64,000 bases of DNA, taken from Octopus vulgaris (taxonomy: Eukaryota). The stretch is taken from the NCBI GenBank assembly GCA_951406725.2, contig OX597831.1, positions 27,342,001-27,406,000 of the forward strand, given 5' to 3'. Position 1 is the first letter of the stretch; the number at the start of each line of letters is the position of its first letter. Shown piece by piece: positions 11,960 through 24,712 of the stretch. The position numbers and the translations under genes are program-made. The notes beneath the pieces were generated by a model, which searched no databases, was not told where the DNA came from, and worked only from the letters and a program-made list of their open reading frames with translations.

Positions 11960-12679
11960 CTGAAGAGAGAGAAAAAGAGAGAGAGAGAGATGTATTAGTG
12001 TCCAGTGATAGACTGCAGGTCTTTTTCAGATCATTGGTACCATATTTTTCAGTACACAAGTAACATTTTTCAGACCAAAATTTACAGCCAGTAAATGGTA
12101 GGGTGATTTATATACCAAGACAACTTTGGTGGACCAAAAATTCCATGTGAAATGCAGTAGGATTTGGAAAGATAGTGTTTGTTGATCTTTGACTGTTTAT
12201 ACTACATGCTACATTGGTTTGTATGCCAGAAAATACAGCACAACAAGTCTGGAGTGATACACAGATGTCATCATAATATTGTGTGTCTTTGTGCCTGTGT
12301 TGTCCCCTGTCACCACTTGACAACTGGTGTTGGTGTGTTTACATCCCTATAACTTAGAGGTTTGGCAGAAAAACACCAACAGAATAAGTACAAGGTTTAA
12401 AAAACTTTAGTACTGGGGTCAATTCATACAACCAAAAATTCTTCTAGACAGTACTGCAGCATGACTGCAGTTTAATGACTGAAACAAGCAAAAGATAAAA
12501 GATGATGTTAAAATAGCAAAAAAAAAAAAGACACCAAATTCTTATTTTTCTAAAATACCAAAACACTTTTACCACAAAAGAAAAACTATGAAAATCAATA
12601 AAGCTTTATGTTTTATGAGTTTTTCTTGGCTTGAATCAACAAAGGTTACTGAGAAAAATTGTTTTTATTGCAAAAGAGA

Positions 12680-13560
12680 TGCTTGTCTTTGTGTATTTTA
12701 TATTCTTTATACTTAACCGCAATTGCAGCCGAGAACATTTTAAACTTGTTGTCTCACTTGTATTGCTCTCTTTTTACATTCAGATATTTGCATCCATAAC
12801 CTTGTGCGTTCCATCTTTAAACTTCTTAAAAACTGCATTGAGTTCTTATACTGAAATTTCTTTCATCTGCATCACCTCTTCAACTGTTCCATCTTAGCCA
12901 TTATTATCCACATTGTATGCCCCTCTCTGCTCCAAATTTAAAATGTCTGCAACATTGAGGTTCACATCTTGTGCAATCCTCTTCTGTTTCATCTTGTACC
13001 ATCTTCAACCGCTCCGTCTTACCTATCATCTTCATCCGACATTTGTTGCTGCTCTAAATGTCTTCGTCACTGAGGTCAGCATCATACACCTCAAGCCATT
13101 CTGTGACATTACCATTCTTTATTCTAGACCAGTCATGGGCAAATTGCTGTCCATGGGATCTTCTGAATGGCACACCTAACAAGAAATATTACCTTTAAGT
13201 TTTTTTAATAATGTGGCCTACATGTTGATGAGTCATGTCTCATGTAGCCCACCTGTTGATGAGCTGTGTTTCATGTGGCTCGCTTCCCAAAAAAAGATTT
13301 CTCGTGCCTGTTCTAGACATTCCCAGACGTAAATGAAGTCTATTGATTTCTGCTATGGCTTCTTCAACATTCAGACTGCAGTTTTCTCTTCCTTTACCAA
13401 ATAACCAATATTTGGAATTTACTTCCAAAACAATTCTGTTTTATGAAAAATCTGTTCACCAACAGAAAACACGAGCTTCAATAAATTTCTCATTCAATTC
13501 AGACAGATATTCAAGAGCAGCACTACCATACACACTTGCAATTCATTCCTGATACCTCTA
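12680..13560 (-). pseudogene. Fossil pogo/Tigger DDE transposase
   Basis: Broken frames: SAALEYLSELNEKFIE, EQIFHKTELFWK*IPNIGYLVKEEK (compare Tigger EQVFNxDETGLFWKxMPxRTYIxKEEK), and C-terminal DVTEWLEVYDADLSDEDI-like text. Confidence 0.7.
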
Positions 13561-13884
13561 ATGCTATGCAAAACAATTTACTGCTGACAGCCCTAAATGT
13601 TATGGATTCCCCAAAATGCTTTTAAATACGTTGAACATGAAAACGTTTCATTAGATTTCTTTTTAGTTTCATTTTCCCCTGTCCATATTACTTAAGATAC
13701 TGTGAATACTTATGTGTACTATATTATGTAAATATATATACATATGTTTATATGTAAATAAATACATATGTTTATATGTAAATAAATACATATGTATACA
13801 TACACATGTATAAACACACACACACTGATTTCAAATTTTAGCACATATATATAAGTATATATATGTATATATATATATATATAT

Positions 13885-14999
13885 AATATATAATACATGT
13901 TTATAAATTAGAGAAGAACCACCATGTAGCAATTCAACAATGATATACTTAAATCATACCATATAGAAAAAAATTAAAGATACGATAAAACATTTACCTA
14001 GAACTAAATAAAGTACAAATAATAAATAAATAGTATAATTTATTTATTATTTGTACTTTATTTAGTTCTAGGTAAATGTTTTATCGTATCTTTAATTTTT
14101 TTCTATAAGTGGTGAAGCACGACCTTCAAACATTAGGCCTCACCAAGGAAATGACTAGTGACCGAGACTTTTGGAAATATGCTGTGCTTGAGAAGACCCG
14201 GCAAGCCAAATGAAACCATAACCTGTGGCCTATGCCAGGAGCGTAACCAGCCTGCTTATGTGTACCTTTTCCTTCTTTGGTCACTAGACTCTGCTTGCGA
14301 AGACCTGTTGAGGCAAGTAAAATCAAAATCAAAATCAAATTCGATGACTGGCATCCGTGCTAGCGGGGTGCAAAGAGCACCATACGAGTGTGATCATTGA
14401 CAGAGTGGCTAACCAGCTTCCGTGCCAGTGGCACATAAAAGGGCACCATTTGAGTGTGATCGTTACCAGCATTGCCTTACTGGCACTTGTGCCCGTGCTA
14501 GTAGGGTGCCAAGAGCCCCATCCGAGTGTGATCATTGCCAGAGCAGCCAACTGGCAGTAGGGTGCCAAGAGCACCATCCGAACATGATCGTTGCCAGAGC
14601 AGCCAACTGGCTTCTGTGCCGGTGGCACGTAAAAGGGCACCATTCGAGCGTGATTGTTACCAATGTCGCCTTACTGGCACCTGTGCCGGTGGCATGTGTA
14701 AAAAGATTTGAGCAAGGTCACTGCCAGTACCACCTGACTGGCCCCGAGTCGGTGGCATGTAAAAAGCACCCACTACACTCTCAGAGTGGTTGGCGTTAGG
14801 AAGGGCATCCAGCGGTAGAAACACTTCCAGATCAAGATTGGAGCCTGGTGTGGCCATCTGGTTCACCAGCCCTCAGTCAAAATCGTTCAATCCATGCTAG
14901 CATGGAAAGCGGACGTTAACGATGATGATGATGATGATGGTACGATTTTGAATACCTACATGGTGGTTCTTCTCTAATTTATATACATGTATTATATAT
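13885..14999. repeat. Long inverted repeat/hairpin split by an RTE insertion
   Basis: Inner arms 13962-14031 and 14038-14107 differ by one indel around a 6-nt loop; outer arms are 13885-13961 and 14938-14999. Confidence 0.85.
14108..14937 (+). mobile_element. 5'-truncated RTE-clade LINE (ORF end, long repeat-containing 3' UTR, (GAT)n tail)
   Basis: Terminal frame VVKHDLQTLGLTKEMTSDRDFWKYAVLEKTRQAK* (14109-14213), then the UTR with GTGGTTGGCGTTAGGAAGGGCATCC and (GAT)n. Confidence 0.85.
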
Positions 15000-15062
15000 T
15001 GTGAAATTTGATTTAGTATTACTAAATTGAATTTTTCCCTGTAAGTTTGGAATCATATTCCC

Positions 15063-15113
<51 letters not shown>

Positions 15114-15253
15114 TAGAGATAAAACCACTATTATGCAGCAACTCAAACAATGATAGACATAAACCAAAATATAAATAACAAATAGAATATATGTTTATAA
15201 AACATATAACTAGATCTCAAAAAGTATAAAAATGAATATATATATATATATAT

Positions 15254-15420
15254 CATCATCATCATCATCATCATTTAACGTCCATTCTCCATGTTAGCAT
15301 GGGTTGGACGGTTCGACCGGGGATCTGGGAAGCCAGAAGGCTGCACCAGGCTCCGGTCTGATCTGGCAGTGTTTCTACAGCTGGATGCCCTTCCTAACGC
15401 CAACCACTCCGTGAGTGTAC
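15254..15420 (-). mobile_element. RTE 3' terminal fragment
   Basis: Same UTR, reverse orientation. Confidence 0.8.
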
Positions 15421-16039
15421 AAACATATGTATATATACAAATACTGACACACACACAATCACACATACACACATTTATGTATATGTAAGAGTTAGGTATT
15501 GAAAATGCATTGTTAATTAACTTCTGTACATGTCGCTTTTTTTTTTTGCATTAATTATACACACTCTCTTCTGTCTGTACTCATTCACATATATTGCATT
15601 ATTTTAACATTTCATATATATTTAATTAAATCTACCTCACGAGAATATTTCAGTTCACCCTGGATGTCTCTAATTCTTGTTAAATCTCCAAATCTTACCA
15701 TTCCATCTAAACTAATCAGGTATTTTTTTGGAATCTCATTTACTCTAGAACTTTCTAAAGTTATTTCTCATTTTACGGCTGCAAACACATTTTTCTTCAT
15801 AATTTTAAAGTAATAAAAACTTGTTACGTATTTTAATGGTAGTTGTTTTAACCCTAGGTCAGTCCTGATCCAGACAGACCTATGATCAAAGATGTAATCA
15901 ACTCATCTTTTTGTTTATCTAAGTATACATTATCTAATGTATAATATAGCAGTTTATATTGGCTTCAAATTTTGGCTCAGGGTGAGCAATTTCAGGGAGG
16001 AGATAAATTGATTACATCGATCTTAACATTCAATTGTTA

Positions 16040-16422
16040 TTTTACTCTTTTACTTGTTTCAATCATATGACTGCGGCCATGCTGGAGCACTGCCTTTAGT
16101 CGAGCAAATCGACCCCGGGACTTATTCTTTCTAAGCCTAGTACTTATTCTATTGGCCTCTTTTGCTGAACCACTAAGTTATGGGGATGTAAACACATCAG
16201 CATCGGTTGTCAAGCAATGTTGGGTGGACCAACACAGACACACAAACACACATATACATATATACGACGGGATTCTTTCAGTTTCCATCTACCAAATCCA
16301 CTCACAAGGCTTTGGCCAGCCCGAGGCTATAGTAGAAGACACTTGCCCAAGGTGCCACGCAGTAGGACTGAACCCGGAATCATGTGGTTGGTAAGCAAGC
16401 TACTTACCACACAGCCACTCCT
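16040..16422 (-). mobile_element. SINE-A, full length
   Basis: Head AGGAGTGGCTGTGTGGTAAG through tail GAAACAAGTAAAAGAG. Confidence 0.9.
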
Positions 16423-16581
16423 GTGCCTATTCAATTGTTACTTATTCAATCAACCATGAAAGGATGATAGGTAAAGTCGACCTTTACTCAGAATGTAAAA
16501 ATGGGACAAAACACTACTTAGCATGCTAAAAATTCTGCCAGCTCACTGCCTTAGTACAGTAGTTAATATTAGTGGATACAC

Positions 16582-16797
16582 AAGGCAGCAAGCTGGCAGA
16601 AACATTAGCATGCCGGGTGAAATGCTTAGCAATATTTCGTCTGTCTTTATATTCTGAGTTCAAATTCCACCGAGGTCGACTTTGTCTTTCATCCTTTTGG
16701 GGTTGATAAATTAAGTACCAGTTGCATACTGGGGTCGATCTAATCGACTGGCCCCCTCCCCCAAAATGTCGGGCCTTGTGGTTAGAGTAGAAAAGGA
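16582..16797 (+). mobile_element. SINE-B
   Basis: Family head, central box and tail. Confidence 0.85.
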
Positions 16798-17565
16798 TAT
16801 TAGTTGATATAGTACAGTGGTAAGCTATCAGAATTGTTACCATGCCAAGAAAAACTGCTTAGTTGCATTTCTTCTGACTTTATGTTCTAAGTTCAAATGA
16901 TGCAGGGGTCAACATCCCCTTTCATTCCTAATAATCGCTTTTCATTTAACATTTGTTCTCTATGCTAGTATGGGTCAGACAGATTGGCAGGAGCTGGTAA
17001 AGCCAGGGCTGCACCAGGGCATATTGTATAAGGACAATTCCCCCGACAACAACTACCCCCTAGGACAATTACCCCACTTGGTTAATTACCCCCTCTTCAA
17101 TATATTAAGACGTTTTAAGTCATCATTTGTTGTCCTCAGGGGTAATTGGTGGAGTTATTGTCCATGGGAGGGTAAATGTCCTAGACTTGGCTATATTGTC
17201 TATTCTGGCATGGTTTCTGCAGCTGGATTCCCTTCCTAACACTAATCTTCACAGAGTGTACTGGGTGCTTTTTATGTGGAACCAGCACCAGCATCACATC
17301 TGCTGGTGCCTTTTTGGGGTACAGTAAGGCACCAGGTACCTCGGTCTGTTGTCATCTCCTTCGTAAGGCTCAATGTCTTGAGATCAGCCTTAAATGCAAC
17401 ATTATCTAATGTATAATATTAGCAATTAACATCAGTGGTTATAATTAATGTTGTTGTAGTTGTTTAACCCCAGGTCAGTCCAGATCGAGTAGATCTATGA
17501 TCAGACATGTTCCAACTGAAACCGGCCCATCTTTTAGTCAGACACAGTAGGTTTATGTGATCTAA

Positions 17566-17966
17566 TACTCTTTACTCTCTTTTACTTGTTTCAGTCATTT
17601 GACTGCGGCCATGCTGGAGCACCGCCTTTAATCGAGCAACTCGACCCTGGGACTTATTCTTTTGTAAGCCCAGTACTTATTCTATCGGTCACTTTTGCCG
17701 AACCGCTAAGTTACGGGGACGTAAACACACCAGCGATGTTGGGGGGACAAACACAGACACACAAACATATACACACACATACATATATATATATACATAT
17801 ATACGACGGGCTTCTTTCAGTTTCCGTCTACCAAATCCACTCACAAGGCTTTGGTCGGCCCGAGGCTATAGTAGAAGACACTTGCCCAAGGTGCCACGCA
17901 GTGGGACTGAACCTGGAACCATGTGGTTCGTAAGCAAACTACTTACCACACAGCCACTCCTACGCC
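17566..17966 (-). mobile_element. SINE-A, full length
   Basis: Family head, body and tail. Confidence 0.9.
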
Positions 17967-18572
17967 TAATGTATAATATATTAGTTAATATCAGTGGTTA
18001 TAGTTGTTTTGTTGTAGTTGTTAAACCCTAATTTAGTCTTGATCCAGTAGCTCCTGATCAGGCATGCTCCAACTGAAAGTAACCCATCTTTTATTCAGCC
18101 ATAGTGAAACTAGGACTATTTTATATAATATTCTTCCTCGTTATTGTTGTTTGGCTCTGAGTCAGTCCTGATTCAGCAGATTATGATAAAAAATGTGCCA
18201 ACCAGGATACACCAATCTACTAATCGGTCATAATGTATCTAGGACTACATTATCTAAATATTCTCCCTTTCTTGAAGGAAGTGTGATGTTAATTGAGGGA
18301 AATTTAAGTGCTATTTCAAGCAAATCCTGAAACCGCATAAATGACTACATCCCCTTCAGTTTTTGTTAACTAATTAATTCCAATTATTAATTAATTAATT
18401 CTTAACATTTTTTAACTTTTTTCCTCTTTAATCATCACTAGCAGCAGGGCTGTTGTTGACTGCCATGACACTGCATCCTTTAAGGCCCTCATGCTTTCCG
18501 AAATCCTCTGAAACTACACCTGATTATATATACACTTTAGATGAGTTGTAGTGCACCTGAGCACTGTACACA

Positions 18573-18604
<32 letters not shown>

Positions 18605-18947
18605 TTGCACCGATTCATGAAACCTTCAGATATTTCTTCAGAGCCATTTATTTTACCAATTCTGTCAGAACTAAATCTTACCATTCCATTCAAAATCTGT
18701 TATCTTCTATCTTTATCTTTTACTTGTTTCAATTATTGGACTGTGGCCATGGTGGGGCACTGCCTTGAAGGGATCAGTTGAAAAAGATCTACCCCACTAC
18801 TGATTATTTGTTAAGCTCAGTACTTATTCTACGGTCTCTTTTGCTGAACTACTATGTTACAGGAATGTAAACAAACTGACACAGGTTGTGAAGTGGCAGT
18901 GGACAACAAACACAAAGATGCACACACACACACAACAGATTTCTTTC

Positions 18948-19355
18948 AAGCTGGCAGAAATGTTAGCACACCGAGCGAAATACCTAGTGGTATTTTGTCT
19001 GCCGTTACGTTCTGAGTTCAAGTTCCACCGAGGTCGACTTTGCCTTTCATCCTTTCGGGGTCGATAAATTAAGTACCAGTTACGCACTGGGGTCGATGTA
19101 ATCGACTTAATCCATGTGTGTCCATGTTTGTCCCCTCTGTACTTAGCCCCTTGTGGGTAGTAAAGAAATAGGTATTTTGTCTGCCGTTATGTTCTGAGTT
19201 CAAATTCCGCTGAGGTCGAATTTGCCTTTCATCATTTCGGGGTCGATAAATTAAGTACCAGTTATGCACAGGGGTCGATGTAATCGACTTAATCCCTTTG
19301 TCTGTCCTTGTTCGTCCCCTCTATGTTTCGCCCCTTGTGGGCAATAAAGAAATAA
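18948..19355 (+). mobile_element. Head-to-tail SINE-B dimer (second unit 5'-truncated)
   Basis: Tail GTAAAGAAATA is joined directly to GGTATTTTGTCTGCC at about 19170. Confidence 0.85.
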
Positions 19356-20622
19356 GATTTCTTTCAACGTCCATTTACCAAATTCACAAGGCTTTAGTTG
19401 ACCCAGGGCTATAGCAGAAGACACTTGTCCAAGGTACCATGCAGTGGGAACCTGGAACCATGTAGTTGGGAAGCAAACTTCTTTCCAAAAAGCCACATCC
19501 AATATGTTTTGTTTTTTTTCCGTTTCATAAATCAAGTAACTTCCAAAATTATTTTCAAGTCAAACAAACACATTATTTCCAGAATTTTAATGAATGAAAA
19601 TATTTGCGTTAATTCATTAATTTCTCGTTATGTGTTCTCATTAGCTCCTTTTAGAATATTTATTTATTTGTTTGTTTGTATGTTTAATTATTTGTTTATT
19701 TTTGTTGTTGTATATCTGCTCTCCCATTTTTTTGTTTGTCAATAAAATATTTTATCACTTCTTCAGTTGAAGATGTCTCTACAGATTTTAGAAATTATAT
19801 GCCTCAATTCCTCACCAAATTCTTCATCACACCCTTTCATAAACAAACAAGAAAAAATTAAAAAGGAAAATATTTGAGTGTGCCAACAAGAGAGCCTGTA
19901 CATGACTAATCAACATTCTAAAAATAGCAACCAAATATCCCTCAGCTCGCACTATGCCATCTTTCATTTTGAAGAAAACAAGAAAATTACATTGGGTGAT
20001 ATAGCCCTAGATGCACAATGTTCAGCAGGAAGACAGGATGGTCATGGCTGGAACATCTTTGATTGTATAGGTGTACTCAAACAGGCTCTTTATTTTTTGT
20101 TATGTTCAATCAGTCTACTCAGCTGGTACCCAGCTGAGTACTGATGTAAACCTTTGTCCCTTCAGCTGTCAAGTCCTTGAAGTTCCTCTGGGTCTTAGGT
20201 GTGAGAACCAAGAGTGGAGTGTGGTATTAGCAACCGAGTGATTCACTTGTGAGTGACGGCTATGATGAGGATGCACACTATTAGTTCCGACCCAGAGGCC
20301 TAAACTATGACAACAGCTGGGATGGACGCATTAGATAATACATTCATAGATATACATCTCTGCATGGACATCACAAAAGTGAATAGTCAACCCTCACTTT
20401 ATATTTGTGCATGAGTGTGTATGCATGTGCGAACACACACACACATTGCTTAGGCATTGCGAGACTGGTAACCTAGTTTAGAACTCATATTCAAAGGTCT
20501 GATGAAGCTACAGGATGTTATTCAGGCACTTGACTAAAAGTCCACTGTATCATATAGTAGAAACAGCTGTAAGCTAATGAAGTTAATAACAAAACCATTG
20601 TTTTCCCAGTGTCATCTCTTTT

Positions 20623-20658
<36 letters not shown>

Positions 20659-20698
20659 ACACATATATACACACACATCTGTGTATATATGGATGGAA

Positions 20699-21075
20699 GC
20701 ACTCCGTCGGTTACGACAACGAGGGTTCCGGTTGATCCGATCAACGGAACAGCCTGCTCGTGAAATTAATGTGTAAGTGGCTGAGCTCTCCACAGACACG
20801 TGCACCCTTAACGTAGTTCTCGGGGATATTCAGCATGACACAGAGAGTGACAAGGCCGGCCCTTTGAAATACAGGTACAACAGAAACAGGAAGTAAGAGT
20901 GAGAGAAAGTTGTGGTGAAAGAGTACAGCAGCGATCACCACCATCCCCTGCCGGAGCCTCGTAGAGCTTTAGGTGTTTTCGCTCAATAAACACTCACAAC
21001 GCCCGGTCTGGGAATTGAAACCGCGATCCTATGACCGCGAGTCCGCTGCCCTAACCACTGGGCCATTGCGCCTCC
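20699..21075 (-). mobile_element. SINE-D, tRNA-headed, full length, young-looking (CpG-rich)
   Basis: TGGCCCAGTGG A-box, GGTTTCAATTCC B-box, tail GTAACCGACGGAGTGC. Confidence 0.85.
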
Positions 21076-21087
21076 ACGTGTATATAT

Positions 21088-21119
<32 letters not shown>

Positions 21120-21121
21120 GT

Positions 21122-21420
21122 GAGGGCACATGGCCAGGTTGTTAGGGTGTTGCACACATAATAATGAGATCGTGGTTTCAATTCCTGGATCAGGTGATGT
21201 GTTGTGTTCTTGAGCAAAACTCTTCAATCTCATGTCGCTGTGAAATTACTTTGACATATGATGTGCAGTTGACTTGATGCAAGGAACGAGCCAATGCTTA
21301 ACACATACATTTGATCGCTATAAACAAATCATTTGTTCAACAAGAAATTGCAGATTACACTTTCTTGGACCGCAAGCAACTAACATCATATATATATATA
21401 TATATGGTCAGATGCCATGA
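21122..21420 (+). mobile_element. tRNA-headed SINE, diverged
   Basis: GGTTTCAATTCC B-box and GTGTTCTTGAGCAAAAC box. Confidence 0.55.
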
Positions 21421-21439
21421 TAGATCGTTAGCCACTACA

Positions 21440-21606
21440 CACATTTTTATCTCCTTGTTTCTCTTCTTGTTTTTTCTGTGTCCCTTTTTGTAGAAGAGCG
21501 TAGGCTCGAAACATAAAAGACTTTTTCTATTCCTGAGCGTTATACTAATACATCTGTTTGTTTTGTACACCACCTGTCTTCGTCTTTTGTTTTTTTCGTA
21601 AACTCT

Positions 21607-21612
<6 letters not shown>
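21440..21612 (+). mobile_element. Copy of the short Penelope-like remnant
   Basis: TTGTAGAAGAGCGTAGGCTCGAAACATAAAAGAC followed by the same 3' region as 9185-9350, ending in (TA)n. Confidence 0.55.
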
Positions 21613-21656
<44 letters not shown>

Positions 21657-21863
21657 ATGCATCGATTATGCATTGATGTAAGAATAAGTTTTTCTATAAA
21701 GCTCGAAACATATCTACCGCAACATCCTTTGTGTCCTGTTTTTCATTTTATTTCATTTGATATATATATATATATATATATAGTAGAATAGAATATAGAA
21801 AGTCCATGGTACAGTATTATATATTTGAAAAAGTGGATAGAAATGACTTTTCTGATGATTTTG

Positions 21864-21900
<37 letters not shown>

Positions 21901-21901
<1 letters not shown>

Positions 21902-22571
21902 TAGCAGTATCGCCCGGCGTTGCTCGGGTTTGTAAGGGAAATAACTATATAAGCATTTTTAGAGAGTTATAAAAAATAGCAAAAAAATGCATTAAAAATG
22001 GAATAAAAAATGATGGTAATTTTTTTTTTAAATCGTTGACTCATCGTAGACATTTTTAGAGAGTTACTTCCCTTATATAATAGCGAAAAAATGCATTAAA
22101 ATCGAAAAAATGATGGTAAATTTTTTTTTAAATCATAGACTCATCGTAGACGCTTTCTTAGCCATTTCTGTTTTGGTGTCTTCAAGCCATGAAGTTGTTG
22201 TTCTAAAAGAACGCTGGTCTCCTTGACAACGCTTTACGACGTTGATTTCCTTAAACTCCCTTCCCCACAGCTTCGCGAGGGAGGGAAGAAGGGGGTGAAG
22301 CAAACAGGTGCAGGTGTGACCATGGACGCCAACTCCGCCGCCATCGACACATGAAAAATTATGCATTAAAATGGAATAAAAAATGATGTTAAATTATTTT
22401 TAAAATCGTAGACTCATCGTTGACGCGCGCTAATAGTCAGACGGGCTCGATATGAATCACGACTATAAGATACCCGCTTTTGGTTAAACTGCACCGCAAA
22501 ATGTGGGAGGAGTTAGGAATCTAAATTGAAGGAGACAGACACTCACACAACTACAGTTTTATATATATAGA
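21901..22571 (-). mobile_element. Non-autonomous Helitron
   Basis: Minus strand starts with TC after A and ends with CTAG before T. GC hairpin CCCG..CGGG lies about 10 nt before CTAG; three internal ~65-bp subrepeats. Confidence 0.8.
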
Positions 22572-22914
22572 TATATAAAGAGAGAGAGAGAGAGAGAGTA
22601 AAGATTATTTGCTAACATTATGTTGCAGTCCTGATTAGAACGATTATTATTGTTATTTAGCCCCAGGAAACATCGTCTCTAGCTGGATATACAATATACT
22701 TTCTGCGTCCTTATATTTTGAACAAGGGAGTTTAGCATCCCCACTCAGGACAAAAACTCCCTTGTTCAAAAATATAAGCATGCAGATAGTGCGTCGTACA
22801 GTCCTAACTAGAACTGCCACATTATGTTGGCAAGAACGTCTCTCATTCAGAGATTTAGAAATAATAATTATATATATATATATATATAAAAATAAAAAAT
22901 AAAATAATGAAATT

Positions 22915-23250
22915 ATTGTATACAGTGCTCAGGTGCAACACAACTTGTCAGAAAGTGCATATAAAGAACATGCAGTAATGTAGAAATGTCTGGAAAGCGA
23001 ACAATGTATGAGTCAGATACATGCTTGTGTGTGTATGGAGGGGAGAAAATCAAGTGTAGTGTTGGCGAATCTCAGGAAGCATGGAAGTTTTGAAGGATGC
23101 AGTGCTCCGACAACTAACAACCGATGCCAGCTTTTGTTCCATGCTTCAGCAACTCTCAGCGTGAAAAAATGTTTCCTGAAGTCATGGGAGCTGTGCTGTT
23201 TTATATATGATGGGTATCTGTCTAGTTTTGCAATATCTATGTATCTACCT
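22915..23250 (-). mobile_element. CR1-like LINE 3' fragment
   Basis: FRKHFFTLRVAEAWNK motif followed by a 3' UTR-like region and AT-rich tail. Confidence 0.7.
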
Positions 23251-23527
23251 TGATGACTGAATGACAGGATGGTCCTGGCTGGAACATTTTTGATCATAGG
23301 TCAGTCATTTAGCTTTCATCTGGTACTCATCAACAGTAACAACAACATTTCATGATATTTTTAATCTTCATCAATCTAGGTATTTCCTTAAAACTCTGTT
23401 ATTTTATTATTTCAGATAACCTAAATATATTTTTATTATTTCAAATTTAAATTCTACATTCCAAAGCATTAAAACTAAATCATTGACTAATTCCTACATT
23501 TTCCACCACATTCATCATAAATTTCGG

Positions 23528-24078
23528 TTTTTACTCTTTTACTCTTTTACTTGTTTCAGTCGTTTGACTGTGGCCATGCTGGAGCACCGCCTTTAGTCGA
23601 ACAAGTCGACCCCAGGACTTATTCTTTGTAAGCCTAGTACTTATTCTATCTGTATCTGTTGCTGAACTGCTAAGTCATGGGGACGTAAATGCACCAGCAT
23701 CGGTTGTCAAGTGATGTTGATGGGGGGGACAAACACAGACACACAAACATATACACACACATACATACATGCATACATACATACATATCATCATCATCAT
23801 TTAGCGTCCGCTTTCCATGCTAGCATGGGTTGGATGGTTCAACTGGGGTCTGTGAAGCCAGAAGGCTGCATCAGGCCCAGTCTGATCTGGCAGTGTTTCT
23901 ACGGCTGGATGCCCTTCCTAACGCCAACCACTCCGTGAGTGTAGTGGGTAGGCTTCTTTCCGTTTCCGTCTACCAAATCCACTCACAAGGCTTTGGTTGG
24001 CCTGAGGCTATAGTAGAAGACACTTGCCGAAGGTTCGTAAGCAAGCTACTTACTTACCACAGAGCCACTCCTACGCCT
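23528..24078 (-). mobile_element. SINE-A split by an RTE tail
   Basis: 3' half at 23528-23785, 5' half at 23949-24078. Confidence 0.8.
23788..23948 (-). mobile_element. RTE 3' terminal fragment nested inside a SINE-A
   Basis: Splits SINE-A 23528-24078 at its central microsatellite. Confidence 0.8.
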
Positions 24079-24478
24079 ACAATATTGCAAAGGTTATTCA
24101 ACAGTAATTTAGCAAATCTGAACTATTAATGCTATTATTTTTCCAATTTCTCTTCATTAAATAACTATAATTACAAATTTATTTGTGTATGCACACCAAC
24201 ATTGGTTATCAAGCAATGGTAGTGGGGTGGGTAACATACAAAGACACAAGCACACAAATACATACATATATATCATCATCATCATCATTGTTTAACATCC
24301 GCCTTCCATGCTGGCATGGGTGGGACAGTTTCACAAGAGCTCTGCAAGGCAGGCAGAAGCCTGCACCAGACTTCTGTAACTGCTTTGGCAAGGTTTATTT
24401 CAGCTGGATGCCCTTCCTAACACCAATAATAATAAAGCATATTACTCTACCTCTGATATTCAAGTACTATTTTTTCCC

Positions 24479-24629
<151 letters not shown>

Positions 24630-24712
24630 CACATATATAAATAATTGAGATTCAGCTGAATTAGGTTCTTAAGCACCAAGTTAGTGCGGTATTATCCGAG
24701 TAAGGTGAATAA

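Noticed and set aside
15610-15770. Minus-strand open stretch RVNEIPKKYLISLDGMVRFGDLTRIRDIQGELKYSRE, with a similar LNGMVRF at ~18680
   Set aside because: The best acceptor is followed by stops in all frames, and the match to 18680 is only ~17 nt.
20990-21075. Possible tRNA genes at SINE heads
   Set aside because: A and B boxes are present, but there is no complete cloverleaf and each continues into a SINE body.
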